A stretch of 64,000 bases of DNA from assembly GCA_964016885.1 (NCBI GenBank), contig OZ024740.1:127286001-127350000 (forward strand). Direction: 5' to 3'. The notes below the pieces were generated by a model. That model ran no database searches. It worked only from the letters and a program-made list of their open reading frames with translations, and was not told where the DNA came from. Shown here in pieces: positions 14,617-29,400 of this stretch. Both the position numbers and the translations under genes were made by a program. The stretch comes from Eledone cirrhosa (taxonomy: Eukaryota). Every line of letters begins with the position of its first letter. Within the stretch, counting starts at the first letter, position 1.

Positions 14617-16264
14617 CTACTGTTGTGAAGGGCTACAGAAACCATTCGTGAATTCTGTATGCAAGAGGAAGAAAGGATGAATATAGCTAAACACCAGCAC
14701 AGATCCCTAACCACGCGTAATTATAGAAACACCAGCAGCACCCATATGCCAACATCAAAAGAGGTGTATGACGAATATATACCAAAAATAGCAAGAAAAG
14801 CACCAACGACAGACCAGACAATGAAAAGAAAAAAAAGAGGAAAAGAGCGGTTTAGAAAAAGAAAAGAGAGAAAAAGGACCAGAAAAACACCTGGAGGTTC
14901 CCCATATTTTCTCGGAGGTCCACGATTATATACCGCAAATATATCAACAACAGAATGATTCGAGAAAAATACAAAAAGCTTTACCACCTCAACAGTGATA
15001 TCTCCCACATATTTTGCGTGTGATTTACATAGCGTCCCAGGCTTATGATCAGAGGTACAAGTGAAAATCTCTAATTAGAATACAGAAGATGTACACTCGT
15101 CATTTACTCACCATTCGGCATTATCTCAGATATGTTTTATTTTCTCCTCAAAAATAGATGATGTATTTCTATCTGATAGACAGCTGATCCTTTAAACATT
15201 GCATGGAATTCTTTCTTGTCCTATAGAATTATATTAGGCAATTTGTGTCCGCCGATTGGCTGTTATAAGGACGTTCCATCTGTAGACTTTATCTTTCATA
15301 GAGAGGCGTATTTTGGCTCAGTGGGAATTTGGTACGGTAGCTATGGCAGTTATTCCTGCGAAAAGTCTTGTAAATATTTTGTACCGTATGAAATGTACTA
15401 ATTTACAGCAACTTTCTTCCGGCTGCTTGTGTTTTGAGTGATGTCGTCCACACTCACAAGACACACTATAATGGTTTGAAGGCGTCTTTATCTCTCATAT
15501 TGTTAAGATATTTAGGTCACCGGGTGTTAAATTTTGCTGGAGTTTCTGCTGGTATAATAATTGATTCTATTCCACGTTTGTATGTACATAGTTCGTTTCA
15601 AGTATCTTTGTGACAGATTGTATCTATATTTATACACACATAATGAAAGGTCATAATCAGACACGCATATAGATAGAAAGATAGGATACGAACTAATCTA
15701 GAAAAATTATAATTTAGAGGGAAAATCTAATTAGCCATAATATTCTTGGGATAGCGAAATGTTTAGAAATAGCAGTCAGATCAATCTTCAAAGCTCATTC
15801 TTAAATAAAGAACACTTACAAAGTAATCCACCTTTAGTTTAAACGGTTAAAAGAAAAAGAAAATTTAAGAAAAGAACATAATTCAGGAATACAGATGTTT
15901 ACCGAAACATATACATAACAGTTTTCTAAAATATGTACGATAAACCTTTATTAAAGAATAAGGAAATCAATTACGGTATATATTTAAGGTAATACACTTA
16001 ATATAAAATTGAGAGTCATATCAACTTCCTAATAGGAAATATTCTTGAATGAAGTATAGATTACTTAAAACATGACATGTTCAACATAGTTTTTACTGGA
16101 GATTTTCTTAAATACGATACATAATGTTTCTAATATTTCAACGAAGAAAATACAACTATACACCCATATATATATATATATATACATACATAAAATAAGA
16201 ACAAAACATATAACTTATAATGTATATATATACATATATATATATATATTCATGTGTGCGCGAG

Positions 16265-16391
<127 letters not shown>

Positions 16392-17248
16392 GTGGGTGTG
16401 TGTGCGTGTGTGTGTGTGCGTGTGTGTGTGCATGCGTGTATGTCGAGGTAGATGGGCGTATATTTGTAAACATGACCAAAATGAGAGAGACAGAGTAGCA
16501 GATAGAGAGACACATGATGAGGAAGCCGCGAATATATATGAACAAAATATAGTGTATAATAGTGCGAAACAGATAACATTACAGAAATGAAATAAGCATA
16601 TATCTTTATATTCCGATGAGTTAATAGATACGTTTAACTTTTCAATAGATGGAAATTATATTTATTCCCGGAAAGAATTCAAGAATATCAAAATCAATGA
16701 AAGTAATGAGTTAAGGCGTATGTATATATATATATATATATATACAAAACTTATTCTTCTCTTATAGTACGCCTATTATATTGGAAAATTATTTGTATTT
16801 CTTCTAAACAGAAAACGGACAAAAGATGCGCAAATTGTAGAAAAAGTATTAAACTGCATGGCGATATATTGAACGCTTGGGAAATCTATTTAGATTCGGG
16901 TTCCAATATTCATTCACTCACGTATTCCAGAAGGAAGAGAAAACGCTTTATATCGTTCATCTAGCAAATATATTACCAATTTAGTTGCACCTGCAACTGA
17001 GAACAGATTAAAGATTAATTCTTTGGTGAATAATATATAAATCAAAATCAAACTTTTCAACAAAACTATCTAAAGAATAAATGTCACTATCAGACATATA
17101 ATTAATTATATTGTACACTCCGAGTAATTTATCTTTTACTGAACTCAACTTAAGCAAATAGAAATCGAAATATATCTGTTGATTACAGTTTGAAATGATA
17201 TTAAACGTGAGTAAATATATAGTGCATTCCAAATCAAAGTTTATAAAT

Positions 17249-17389
<141 letters not shown>

Positions 17390-17555
17390 GTACATATGAC
17401 TTTATATTAATGTTTATACATTGAAGGAAGGATATGAAAAAGAGCGATGATTGTATAGTACATTGTCACATTTCCATTAATTTTACATTTGTCTATAATG
17501 GAGGATATATATGTAGCGGCATCTTATATCCTGCACCGACCTGCTCACATATACA

Positions 17556-17594
<39 letters not shown>

Positions 17595-17706
17595 AATCTA
17601 GAAATAGTGTATTAGAGAAGGTTTTTGTAGAATTTTGTGATATTTCCATTTTTTATGCTAAAACATAATTTTACAACCCCATCACACACACACATACACA
17701 CATACG

Positions 17707-17742
<36 letters not shown>

Positions 17743-17813
17743 TTTATATATATATATTCATATATATATATATCAACATATATATATGTGTGTGTGTGTG
17801 TGTGTATGTATAA

Positions 17814-17864
<51 letters not shown>

Positions 17865-17883
17865 TATATATATATAAATATAT

Positions 17884-17935
<52 letters not shown>

Positions 17936-17960
17936 AAAGGGTTTTGATATGAAATCATAT

Positions 17961-18017
<57 letters not shown>

Positions 18018-18723
18018 TGTGCAGCATTCTGTGTGAGCGTGTGTATGTGAATTAATTACTCAAAATCTCGTAAAACATATTGTTAATCAAGTCCATTATT
18101 CAATAAAAATATATGCATATATTCCTCACATTAATTCTATAGATTGAATTAACACAATCATGGTATCATGAATAATTTTAGTGATTTTTTATTGCGTTTT
18201 CTAATTAAGAAGTTTATTTGTTTACATACGATTTTCTATCGGTGATGCTAATGGTATTAGAAATATCATAGTTTGGTACTACATGACAATATTAAAATTA
18301 AGATTACACCAGAATTACTGGGAATTACAAGTGAAGGGGCTTTATCTGGGTAGGATATATTATGCTTATCTTCTCATGGTGTTATTTGTATTTGATCCTA
18401 CTATGCTAAAATAACAATCCCTCTAAATCAGAAACAAGGATATTCATATATTTTACATAAATGTCTGCGTTGAATAAGGTGTTATTTGTTTTTGCTCAAA
18501 GAGGATGGTAAGATTTCATATAGATATGAAGTTTATACCAAGTAGTTGTGCAACCATTCATAAATATCGAGCACTCTCAAATGTATTTTTTAAAATCACA
18601 TGTTCAAAGGTCAATAGCTCCTGTTAGGTGTGCTACGGCATTCAAAATTACTTGCACACAATGATATTTATAGTTAACAGATATTAAACGTACATACATA
18701 TACATATCATCATGAACTCATAT

Positions 18724-18803
<80 letters not shown>

Positions 18804-20315
18804 CAATATATATAGGTGCGTGCTTGTGTGTCTGCGTATAAGTGTATATTTTGCATTGCTCTTCGTGTCATTTCCACTATAGTGACATAGGTGTTTCAAG
18901 CACATTCACGACCTACGGAATATTCTTTTATTTTTCCATGTTACCATATCTAACTAGTCATATCCAATGTAGAATATCGTAATCTTTCTAATTTTTATTT
19001 TGCCGTTTTGTGGGGTTATTAATTTCCCACAGACAACTATTTTGGTGGTTAAAGATTATCATTTAGTCGAAAAAGAACTTGAAATTCTTCAGCTATGTTT
19101 TCACTTATAAAACCATTAAAAACATTAAAGACAAAAAAGTGCATTTTTCTCTTCTACGATGTGCCATAATATTAAATGAAAATGCAAATTAAACAAATAT
19201 CATAATGCTTATTATCCGATGTTCTAGCCATTCATTTTGTTCACTGCCTAAGACGAGTAATTTTTATTTAGAATGATGAAAGACAAGATTCTCCTAGTTT
19301 GGTTTAAACTCAGAACGCGAGACATGTCATCTGCCATTAATAATTCTGTCAAGTCACCGAATGGTTTAATGCTTCGTTTTTAAATTACTTTAATTGTATC
19401 AAATCTGTTTACTCAATTATAATTGAGGAATTGTTCGTAGAGACACTAATGCCGTTTAAACGTTCTCATTTCACTAATTCTGTAAGAAGACGGATTCAGC
19501 TTTTGTAAAACAATGTTACCTTTCTAGCGCCAATAAGTGATCAATCATTAACGCCTGATAAAAATAAGTGCCAAACGTTCATAAACAAAAGCAAACCCAT
19601 CAGAAAAATTGTGAACTGGGTGGAAGTAAAGAGGAGACGGTGACGTCTGGAATCTCTTCAGTTATCTAGTCGGGCGGTGTTGATCTGCGTGTAAACAAAA
19701 ACGATGTATATTTACATTTCATCATATACATTTTATCACTGATAGAACGAATTCAATAAAGGCCATACTGCAGTAAACATCGTTATTGCAATGCCATCTG
19801 CTGTAACAGTACACATTTGATATGATAATATATCTAATTCATATAACTAATTTGGTTTACTATCGATATTCACACTTAAAAACCTCTTACTTAAAATATT
19901 AATTTCTGATAGCTTTTTCTTTTTTTTTTTAATTATTACTAAGATTGGAAATACATTAATTATGTTAGAATGTTTCACCATTTGAAAGAAATAATTTTAT
20001 ATAATTTATCTGCAATGTAAATTTGCTTATCAAAACAAAATAATAAAATAGATGTTTGTGTAGACCAGCTTTTATATTAAGTTTTATCATTTTAAAATGT
20101 TAAAGATATAATCCTATATTTACATATTTATAATGTAACTTTCTTATAAAACTCGAGTTTCTAGTAATATTGAAATATCTAATGCACTTACGTGTAAAAT
20201 ATTATATTCCGTTATCATTAATTTACACAGGAAATCTAAATTAGATATACAAATATTAAAATTATTTCACAAAATAACTGATCTCATATGTTTATATATC
20301 TATATGTACATGTAC

Positions 20316-20401
<86 letters not shown>

Positions 20402-20496
20402 GGGGGGGGTATTTATATATGTATGTTTTGTACGGATGTTTATATGTGTGTTTTGTATGTATGCATATATTATGTGTGAAGGCACGCATGTGTATG

Positions 20497-20527
<31 letters not shown>

Positions 20528-20999
20528 TATGTTAATGTATTGATGTTGCATGTAGTGCCCCGAAGAAGAGAAGTCAGTATTTAGATGCAGTTCAGACTGT
20601 AGCATCCGAGCAACTATATTATTTTTAAATATGGCAGAAAAGAATGAATGCAAATTAACTTGGTTGCATCAAATATCGATTTAATATCATTCACACCAAC
20701 AGTCAATGTCACTGCATATAATGGACTTAGGGTTGCCACCACTAATACCTTCAAAAATATCATATCATCAGCCACTGCTGACACGAAATGCCACACCAGT
20801 GCTAATAGTAAATGTCAGAGACTTAACCAAAACGAATAAAATGCCCTAGCATTGAAGATGGAGAAATACTTATAAGAAAGTATGTTATATTTCGTAATGA
20901 TAGAAGAGAAACCTCTTGGTGGGGTGGCTTTATACATTTGTGAAGATTCCTCAACTTTAGTAATGTTGTCACATTCCACCTCAGGCTGAGACAGAACAA

Positions 21000-22925
21000 T
21001 AGTACACACAATACATCTTAACATGGTGTATGGTACATATCCACCACCTGGAACACCTAGTCATGAGTACAAGTTCAAAGATATTCTCAGAAGGATTGAA
21101 GAAGTACTATATTAACTACAGCAGGTATGTAACATACTACTGTTAGGAAACTTTAACATCTACAAGGTCAAATAGCCCGAAGGCCGTCTCGTCTCCGAAA
21201 TGACAGCACATGAACAAAGACAGATATGATCCATACTGTACATTACAAATAGACTATTCATGGAAGAAATTGTACTACACCGAACAGGATATGCGACCTG
21301 CCGGGATCTTTGCCTCACAAATAACACGGCACGCATCCACAATGCAAATGTCTCACATCGGTTTTCTCGGATCATATTTTAGTAAAACTAATAACATATA
21401 GTCCTGGCGTGACTGTAGATCTGCAGTCAAAAGGAAACAACCAGATTCTATGCAGTCTCAACTTCTACAAATCTCACTGGAAAATGATACGGGAAGAGAA
21501 GCTAAGCTTGATCGACAGTCACTGAAAGCAAGACAGCAATATGCAACTTGAGCATTCCCTGACAGCAGTACACAACCTATACTTTGAGTTTGGTCTAGAA
21601 ACAAACGCCAATAGAGACAAAACAGATTATTTCCAGAGACAGAGAATACTTATGAAACGAAGTGTGAAGATCTCAAACTGGCTAAATATACAATTAAAGA
21701 ACAGGACAGCGCTGTTTGAAATTGAACCCAGCTTCCTCCATTAAAAGGAGAGATCAGAATGTGAGTGCTATAAAAAAAAAAAACAAGCCCTGGGACTTTC
21801 TTTAAATTCGCAAACGATACTGACACGCTACACTACCACATAGGGGCACTTTTTCGTATGAATGTCTTTCTGCTCACAAACCCCTATACATTTGGGAGGT
21901 AGTGAATATACAATATAAAAGTATGTTCAAATCCCCAATGAGGTACACGCAAATAACTCTTCCAAATGAGGTATTTGAAACAACTCATCTACACGGAGAA
22001 ACGGCAATGATCAGCTACATAGGTATTATGAACAATAGATGCAATGATACCAAATTCAACCTCTGGCCCCGATGGATTTCCAGCAATCTTCTTAAAGACA
22101 TGCAAAAAAATATTAGCAAAACCACTACAGATGCTCTTCGAAATTTCCCCCGTTGCAAATGGAAAACTAACCGGAAATCTAAAATGAAACTGACTTGAGC
22201 TGGAGGAATCGAAATTTCCGAGTCGAAATTAATGCGAAACCTTGGAATTAACATGAGTAATGATGCATAGTCTCCTGCACACATGATGGCAATGCCCTGA
22301 TGACTGGCTGGTTGGATTATTTGGACATCCAGGAGAAGAGAACTCGAAATTATGTTTTCCTCTGGAAGATATTTGTTCTCAGTCCACTGGACTCAACTGT
22401 TGTTGCCTCTCATTATGATGCTAACCACATAACTTGAAGCGATTCCACGAAACTGCGCCAAGAATATTGCCCCAATTAAAGGAATGAGCTATCGGAATTA
22501 CCTGAAGGATCTAACGCTCCTTGGAATGAAGGTGGGCAAATATTCAGTTATAAACATATGGAAGATCTTGGAAGCACTATCACCAAATTTTGGTATTGCG
22601 AGCTGGACTAATCATTGAATAAGGTGCCACAGTGATATGCCAAACATCCAACAATTCCCTTCTAGAGAAAGGACCAGATACTGCAATGGACAAGGTGCAA
22701 ATAACCTAACTTATTAATAAGCTGCTAAAAAACTAAGAAACCTAAATGATGCGGATGCAAGTGTTTTCAAGAAACATCTCGACATTCTGTTAACAAAGAT
22801 CCCAGATGAAGCACGAGGCGAAGTAAAAATATGTGCAGTCGCATGAAATCCCTTTTACACCTAAGGCCAACCAAGGAAGGTTGGCTACAGGAAGTGTAGC
22901 GACAAGGACGGTGCCCCAGCATAAA
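21000..22925 (+). mobile_element. Decayed CR1-like LINE (EN and RT C-terminal remnants)
   Basis: LLLGNFNI (APE motif) at ~21140; ESKLMRNLGINMSNDA, LWKIFVLS and IAPIKGMSYRNYLKDL at 22210-22520; many stops. Confidence 0.6.
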
Positions 22926-22998
22926 AGTACACATAAACCTATATGCTCTTATACACACACACACATACACATATATACACACACAGATATACACACAG

Positions 22999-23035
<37 letters not shown>

Positions 23036-23733
23036 CATTCATTTTACGAATGTGTTTTCATCCTATACATGACCTAATGGATTACCGAGAACAAGGGTCG
23101 AGGAGTTGGACCGCTGCTCGAAGAAAGAATACTTATTGTCTATCTGCTTCATATAGACGGTCTGACCGACGGTTTTGACCGACTCTTCTGTGAGGTTCCT
23201 TTCAAAGACGTTGTCTTTAAATTACCACCTGCACACCCTTAAACCAGACTATTTAATGCATCAACCATACATGGGAGAGCATCGGTATTATTGTTTTCAA
23301 ACATTCGCATTACTTCACCTAAAAGATCCTAGACAATTATACACATACAATGTTCCTTCCGTAAGCATATTTCATAGTCGATCATCCGTATTTTATTGAA
23401 TGTGACTGATCTATCGCAGCTGGTGAATTACGTCAAACTCATTGATGTTGTGTCTCACCCCAATACATTTTTTATTTATTTGTTCATAACGTTGTCTTGT
23501 TATTGTGTCTAGTGGAATGTAAATTCGTAGTTGGAATGAAAACCAGTTTCTGTCGTAATGAAATCAAAACAAACACCAAGTTGACAGTTGATGGTTTTCT
23601 AAGAGTTCGTTCTTTTAGACCTCTTGTGTGGGTTTTAAGAGTAGAACTCAATCGAATAAATGTAAAAAAAACACATTCACTCTGCAAATGTATGAAAGTT
23701 TATATGCATACATAATATATGTATATATGTATA

Positions 23734-23851
<118 letters not shown>

Positions 23852-23886
23852 TAAATATACACGGGTGTGTATGATTGTGTATAGAT

Positions 23887-24124
23887 TATATTAATAAAAG
23901 GAATTCCAACTTTGTCTGATTTACTCGTTTTATTTACAATCCTTTAAAATTTATAATGGTTTTAGAATGAATAGTATGGTAGAATATTAAATGTTAAGTG
24001 TTCAATTAACACTTAACATTTAATTTTCTACCATACTATATCATTCTAATACTATTATAAATGTTAAAGGATTGTAAATAAAACGAGTAAATCAGACAAA
24101 GTTGGAATTCCTTTTATTAATATA
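23887..24124. repeat. Near-perfect ~238-bp palindrome (foldback)
   Basis: The ~115-bp arms tatattaataaaaggaattccaactttgtctg... and ...cagacaaagttggaattccttttattaatata are centred near 24005. Confidence 0.9.
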
Positions 24125-24154
24125 TATATATGAAAAAAAGGAAAATAATGTTCT

Positions 24155-24309
24155 TATAGTTCTAAACAAATTGCATTAATTTTATAATATTATAATATAA
24201 TAAAATAAAGTACCAGTAATGCACTGGGTAATTGCTGGTCTTGTGCCAAAAGTAGAAACTATTATAATATAATATTATAAAATTAAATCAAATTGTTTAG
24301 AACTACAAG
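24155..24309. repeat. AT-rich inverted repeat with a SINE family 1 3' fragment in its loop
   Basis: Arms tagttctaaacaaatt... and ...aattgtttagaacta; the loop contains aaataaagtaccagtaatgcactgg...gtagaaac. Confidence 0.7.
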
Positions 24310-25384
24310 TGAAGTCATTCTTTTCCTTTTTTCTTCAAATATACATAACTGTACCAAGGATCTCACACATTTTTCAATATATATGTACAGTTCAACATAA
24401 ACGAGACGAACACATAAACCCAATAATTCAAAATCTTATTAGTTTCACGTTTGTTGGAATATTTCCAGAGAGAAAAATATGTTTCATTGGGAAGATGAGG
24501 GGATAAAACAAGAAGTCAGGCGTAGGTTAGGACGGAGCATCCGGGTTTCAAACTGGTAGGGTTATGTACATGAAAATGGAGTACATTTCGCGAATAAAGA
24601 TGCAGTTATCTTTAATTTTTTTATGTCTGTGTATTTGTGTGTGTGTTTATTTGAGTGTGTATGAGCTTGAGTGACGGCCTGTATCAACGAGTGACTGTGA
24701 ATAACAAATGAGAAGAGATAAATAACCTGAGTCTGTATTGTAATGTTTCACTAGCTGGATTTCAGAAATTAATTTGGGAATATATGTAGGTTCAGCAGTA
24801 ATTAAGGCAATTATGTGATAGCCGAGAAGAAGGTGATGTAGGAGAGTACCTCTCTAAGGAAGAATACCGTTTTATTTGCAATACCCTCCACCAATATCAT
24901 TAAATCAACAGAAACATATATAATTCACTTAATTAAAATATAGAGTTCATTGATCTGCAACAGGTTGTGCGTTTTATAAAGCAAATTTAATATTGTTATT
25001 CATTTAGGTAAAAGTGGATTTGGAATATGACACTCTTGGAAATATAATACATATACTGGCTCTATAATAAAGCGATGTTTTTTTTTATTATGTAAAATGT
25101 TTATATTTTCATAAATACGTTAACTTATCTCGACATAAACTATACTTTCATTATGTGATATTAAAGTATTCTTTCAATATGTTAAGTTAGACCAGACTCG
25201 GTAAGGCTAAATAACTGTATTAATGAAATTGTACAGCGTAAGTTGATTTAGCGTTAGTATTCTTCTTCAAGATGTTTAAATAAAATACATTTACTCGTGA
25301 ATGAAAGAAATACATGGTAAAATAATTGTCAGACTAAACAAGACTCAATTTGCTCTAAATCGTCTTTTTCAAGCCAACAGGCTC

Positions 25385-25600
25385 ATCAGGCTGGTGCTTA
25401 TCGCGGTTTCTGTAGCATGAAGCGACTGAGAGTACACAACTTCCCCTTGGACAGGGTACCAGTCCATTGCAAGGTTAAAGTATTCCTATTTAGCTGAGTA
25501 CACTGGGGGAACGTGATATGAAGTGTATTGCTCAGGAGTAACACATCTAACGCAGTCCTTGAATCAAACCCATGGCATTATGATCGTAAGTCCAAGACGC
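25385..25600 (-). mobile_element. SINE family 2 copy
   Basis: Shares gaagcgactgagagtac...tttagctgagtacac...aacgtgatatgaagtgt.ttgctca with the copy at 31185-31433. Confidence 0.65.
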
Positions 25601-25799
25601 TTAACAGTCGTTTGATGGCCAGAGAAAAGTATTCATTCATCAATGCAATGTGCACAAAGAGGCATTTATGCTTATATGTAAATAGAATATGATTACATGG
25701 TTTGCCCAATAAAAGATATTCGTAAAGTCGAAAACAATCTGTATCCCAAAATTTCAAAAAGTGATATAAAGAAATAGCGGGAGACTAGAGATAAACAAC

Positions 25800-26165
25800 A
25801 ACCTCTAACTATATAGTCTAAACATAAACCTAGCCAAACGCTTCCCAATTTTAAGCCTGAATCCCACCAGCATCCTAATCCTAAACTTAACCATTATATT
25901 AATACTAAGAGTATACATAACTCTAAACATAACCCTAACGCTTAAATGAAACAGAAACCTTATCACAGCCTTAAGCTCTAACTCTAACTGCAACCCTAAC
26001 TCGACTCCTAGCACTAAAGTCATAATTCTACTACACTAATCCTAATCCTAAACTTATACTACCCCTAATCCTAATCCTAATACTTAAGGTATCCTACCCT
26101 TAACCCTAATCCTAATCCTAAATCTAAAACACTCCTAACCATAACCTAACCCAAACCATAACATT
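25800..26165. repeat. Degenerate telomere-like hexamer tract (CCCTAA/TCCTAA)
   Basis: Runs such as taaccctaatcctaatcctaaa with 6-bp periodicity. Confidence 0.7.
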
Positions 26166-26879
26166 AATTCAATCAAATCCACATTGAGGGTGATTGGATA
26201 ACGAATAACATATCCCGTCTGTCATAATCGATGACACCTGCGAATATGACTAAACAGTAACAGTAAACCTCATGACAGATAGCAAATTAAGTGGAAAATG
26301 AGAGGTGATCCGCCGGATAAAGGTAGGGCAGACTATCCTCATAGTCATAGTGAAAATACTCATAATAATTTCAATTTGTGTTCATTATAGTTGCCAAGTA
26401 CTAGTAAAGTTGAAACATTTGCAAAGTAGATTTTATGAATTAATCACATGTTGAATGAATTGAATTCTCACCATGATTTTAAACTGATGTAGTCCCGTTG
26501 TGTAGTGATTTCAAATAAGCATAATATGTTCAATTAAGTGTAACTGCATTAATGTCAGCAATCGTCCAAAGTTTTAAACAGATTACTTGCAACAATTACC
26601 TCGACCTCATATGCAGGTGTAGTTAAACTGATCACTATTGCGTGATGAACTGATCTGGAAAACCTACTTTAATAAAGGACGCATCATCCTCTTCAAATCT
26701 ACTAAATATAAGTGAAGCAAATTATTGATTACCGTACATTGTTTAATTATGGTAAACAACGTTTGGCGGCATACACAGCTTCCCGTGACCACCATCTATG
26801 TTAATATCGTCAGTGAAACATTTAAAGTGACGTTAATAAAGGCAGAAGTGTTTGAATGGTCTAGATTCTATCACCGAAT

Positions 26880-28350
26880 TTGACATTTTTCTGTATAAAA
26901 ATACATTTACAATGAAATATTTCCCTGCCTCTATCGTTGTTAATCTTGCTTGGTATTTCTGAATGTTTTAAGACGTTTCGGGGTTTCAATGGGATTGATC
27001 CAAATACAACGACTACAGCTGCTATCAAATTCACAATACCTTCTTGCATTCCAAACAGTCTTGCCATCTCCATTTCCAACTCAGAGTACTTGGTGAATTT
27101 TTCAACTTCTTCCTTCGCAATATTCCTGTCATTATGTATGGCTACATCTATGATGTGACTATATTTGTCACATTATAGATGTAAGCATACAAAATGCCCA
27201 ATTACTCTCTCAATCTGAAAATCTTGATCACTGAATATTGTTGCTTTCTCGTCCTGCTACATTACTTTACAAGGCACAATCATAGGAATACGCTATTATT
27301 TAATATTGGACGTTTTGTAGATGTTATACTTTTCCGAATTGGTAGGAAGAGCTTAGGACTTTGCTGTAATTATAAAGCTTTCAGTGGCCCGCTTCAATTT
27401 GATTTGATTAAGCAATTTCCATTGTGTTTTAACAATGACATTCTGCGTATTTCTTTCAAACTGTCTTGTATTCAAATAGGATTTTTAAATGATTTTTACT
27501 CTTTTTAAATATGTCTCACTAAACTTTTCGTTCATTTCTGCATGTAAAATGTCATCCAGTTCTAAACCCCACAAATACTTGTATCCACTATCATCCTGTT
27601 TCTCTAATATTTTTCACTCTTTTCATACGAAGCACAGAACATTTGGAAATCCCAAGTGACATACCGATGTCACCGCTAGATATTTAGACTGTTGTACCCA
27701 AATTATCTATCTGCTTTTCAGATTTCCCAAACAGTTTCAGATCAATTATTAACAGAAGAGGTTTTATGGATGGTTCTTTCGTTCGACATTGATGACCCAT
27801 TTTATTTCGTTTAATGTCAGTGTTAAATGTATAAATGCAAGGACAAATAATAATGCTGAAAATGAGTCACCTTAGATGATACACATTTAAATTCAACTTC
27901 TCCAATGATTACATTGCTCGAGTAGAACTTGGTTATCCTCTCTAACATACTATTCAGAAGAGCATTAGTGATGTCAGCAATACCAAACATCTACAAGTAT
28001 TAAATAATCCAAAGATGAGGCCCATATCATATGTTTCCTCTATTTTTGCTCTATCGTGACATTCAATGAATTTATCTTACTCCTCATTCGTCCTGTTGAT
28101 ACTAACTTTCCGTACATGTTTTTGTGTGCTGAACTAATTGGTACCAACGTTCCTAGGGCTGGTCATTTGCCCTGTCAAAGTGGGCTCCAAACAATCCGGA
28201 CCAGAAACCTTCATAGTAATTTCTTCCAGCTTCATTCACACCCTTAATTATTTCATTACCTTTGCATCATGATACCCTGTGGGGTTTTCCTTCCAACGAA
28301 TATTTTTATTGAGATGCTATCTCTATATCCTTCCGTGCCTGGCCAAAGAG
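26880..28350 (-). mobile_element. Old decayed R4/Dong-like element (RT and RLE remnants)
   Basis: Decayed counterparts of YDMVPHSWI (~28010-28035), GIFQGDSLS (~27860-27885), LKLFGK (~27725) and YKYLG (~27570). A degenerate (TAA)n follows at ~28355. Confidence 0.7.
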
Positions 28351-29029
28351 TGTCTTTATAATTATTATAATTATTATCATATATCAACGTTAAAGGAATT
28401 ATCATTGTTATCATCATTTCTATTATTATTATTGTTCGCGTTTATATTTTCCTGTGATGTGTATATGTCGTGTTTACCGTTTCTGCTGATGTGCGTGTGT
28501 TATTGTTGCCTTTTGTTACTAGTCAGTGTGGTAGATTCTATTGTGGTAATTGATGTGGTTTTATATGTTAATGTTGTCTTTTGTTGTAGCAGTAATCGTG
28601 GTTGTGGATGTTTTTCTGTGGTGGAGGAGTGTTGGCGGCGTTGACGGTGTACTGGTGTTGGTGGTAATGAGATATGAGTGTTGCTGGTTTTAAGCTTATT
28701 CTCCGTTGAGATTTCTTGCTGCGTTTTGTTGCCATACGGCTAATTTCACCCTGTTGCAATTGCTACTACCTTCTAATAGGCAATTTCTCCTCAAAATTTA
28801 AACAGGCATCTTTGAGTTTTCTCGAGAAGCTGAAGAAAAAACAAACTTTGTAACAGCCCCCAAAAGTATGTTCCATGGGAAAAATATATGTGACTATACA
28901 GCGCTTGCCTGGACACTTATGGAAACATATGATGATACTTTTTGCAGATCGTGCTCGTCGTAAATATGGAAAATTGGACAAACACATATTCCAGAATGAA
29001 ACAGAGTATGTAATGTTCCCAGGATGTTT

Positions 29030-29400
29030 ATTATTATTATAATTATAAAGATTGTTAATACTATTGTTGCATTATTTCGTTTACATCAGATCTGTTTGTC
29101 TATTGCCGAGTTCAGACCTTGAAATTAGGGCAATAACGGTTTTCATTGTAAAGAGAGACCTCGTTTGAGAATATGTGCTGTTCCTAGTAGCCCAATCTTC
29201 TGTAGATCATATTTGTTAATCTTGGAGGAAAGGACACCAAGGTGCAAGTCTGATGAATTAGGTATTAATCATAATGTTCCTATTACCACATATATAGTGT
29301 TTGTGATCATCCCTTCCATGCGGTTGATCTCTATTTCCAGTTTTTCCATTGCTTTTTTACAGACGTATTCCTGTCAGCAGGTACGCAAATATCTGTAAGG
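29030..29400 (-). mobile_element. R4/Dong-like 3' fragment
   Basis: The minus strand gives YDLQKIGLLGTAHILKR, matching the C-terminus of element 1. (TAA)n lies at 29028-29048. Confidence 0.65.
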
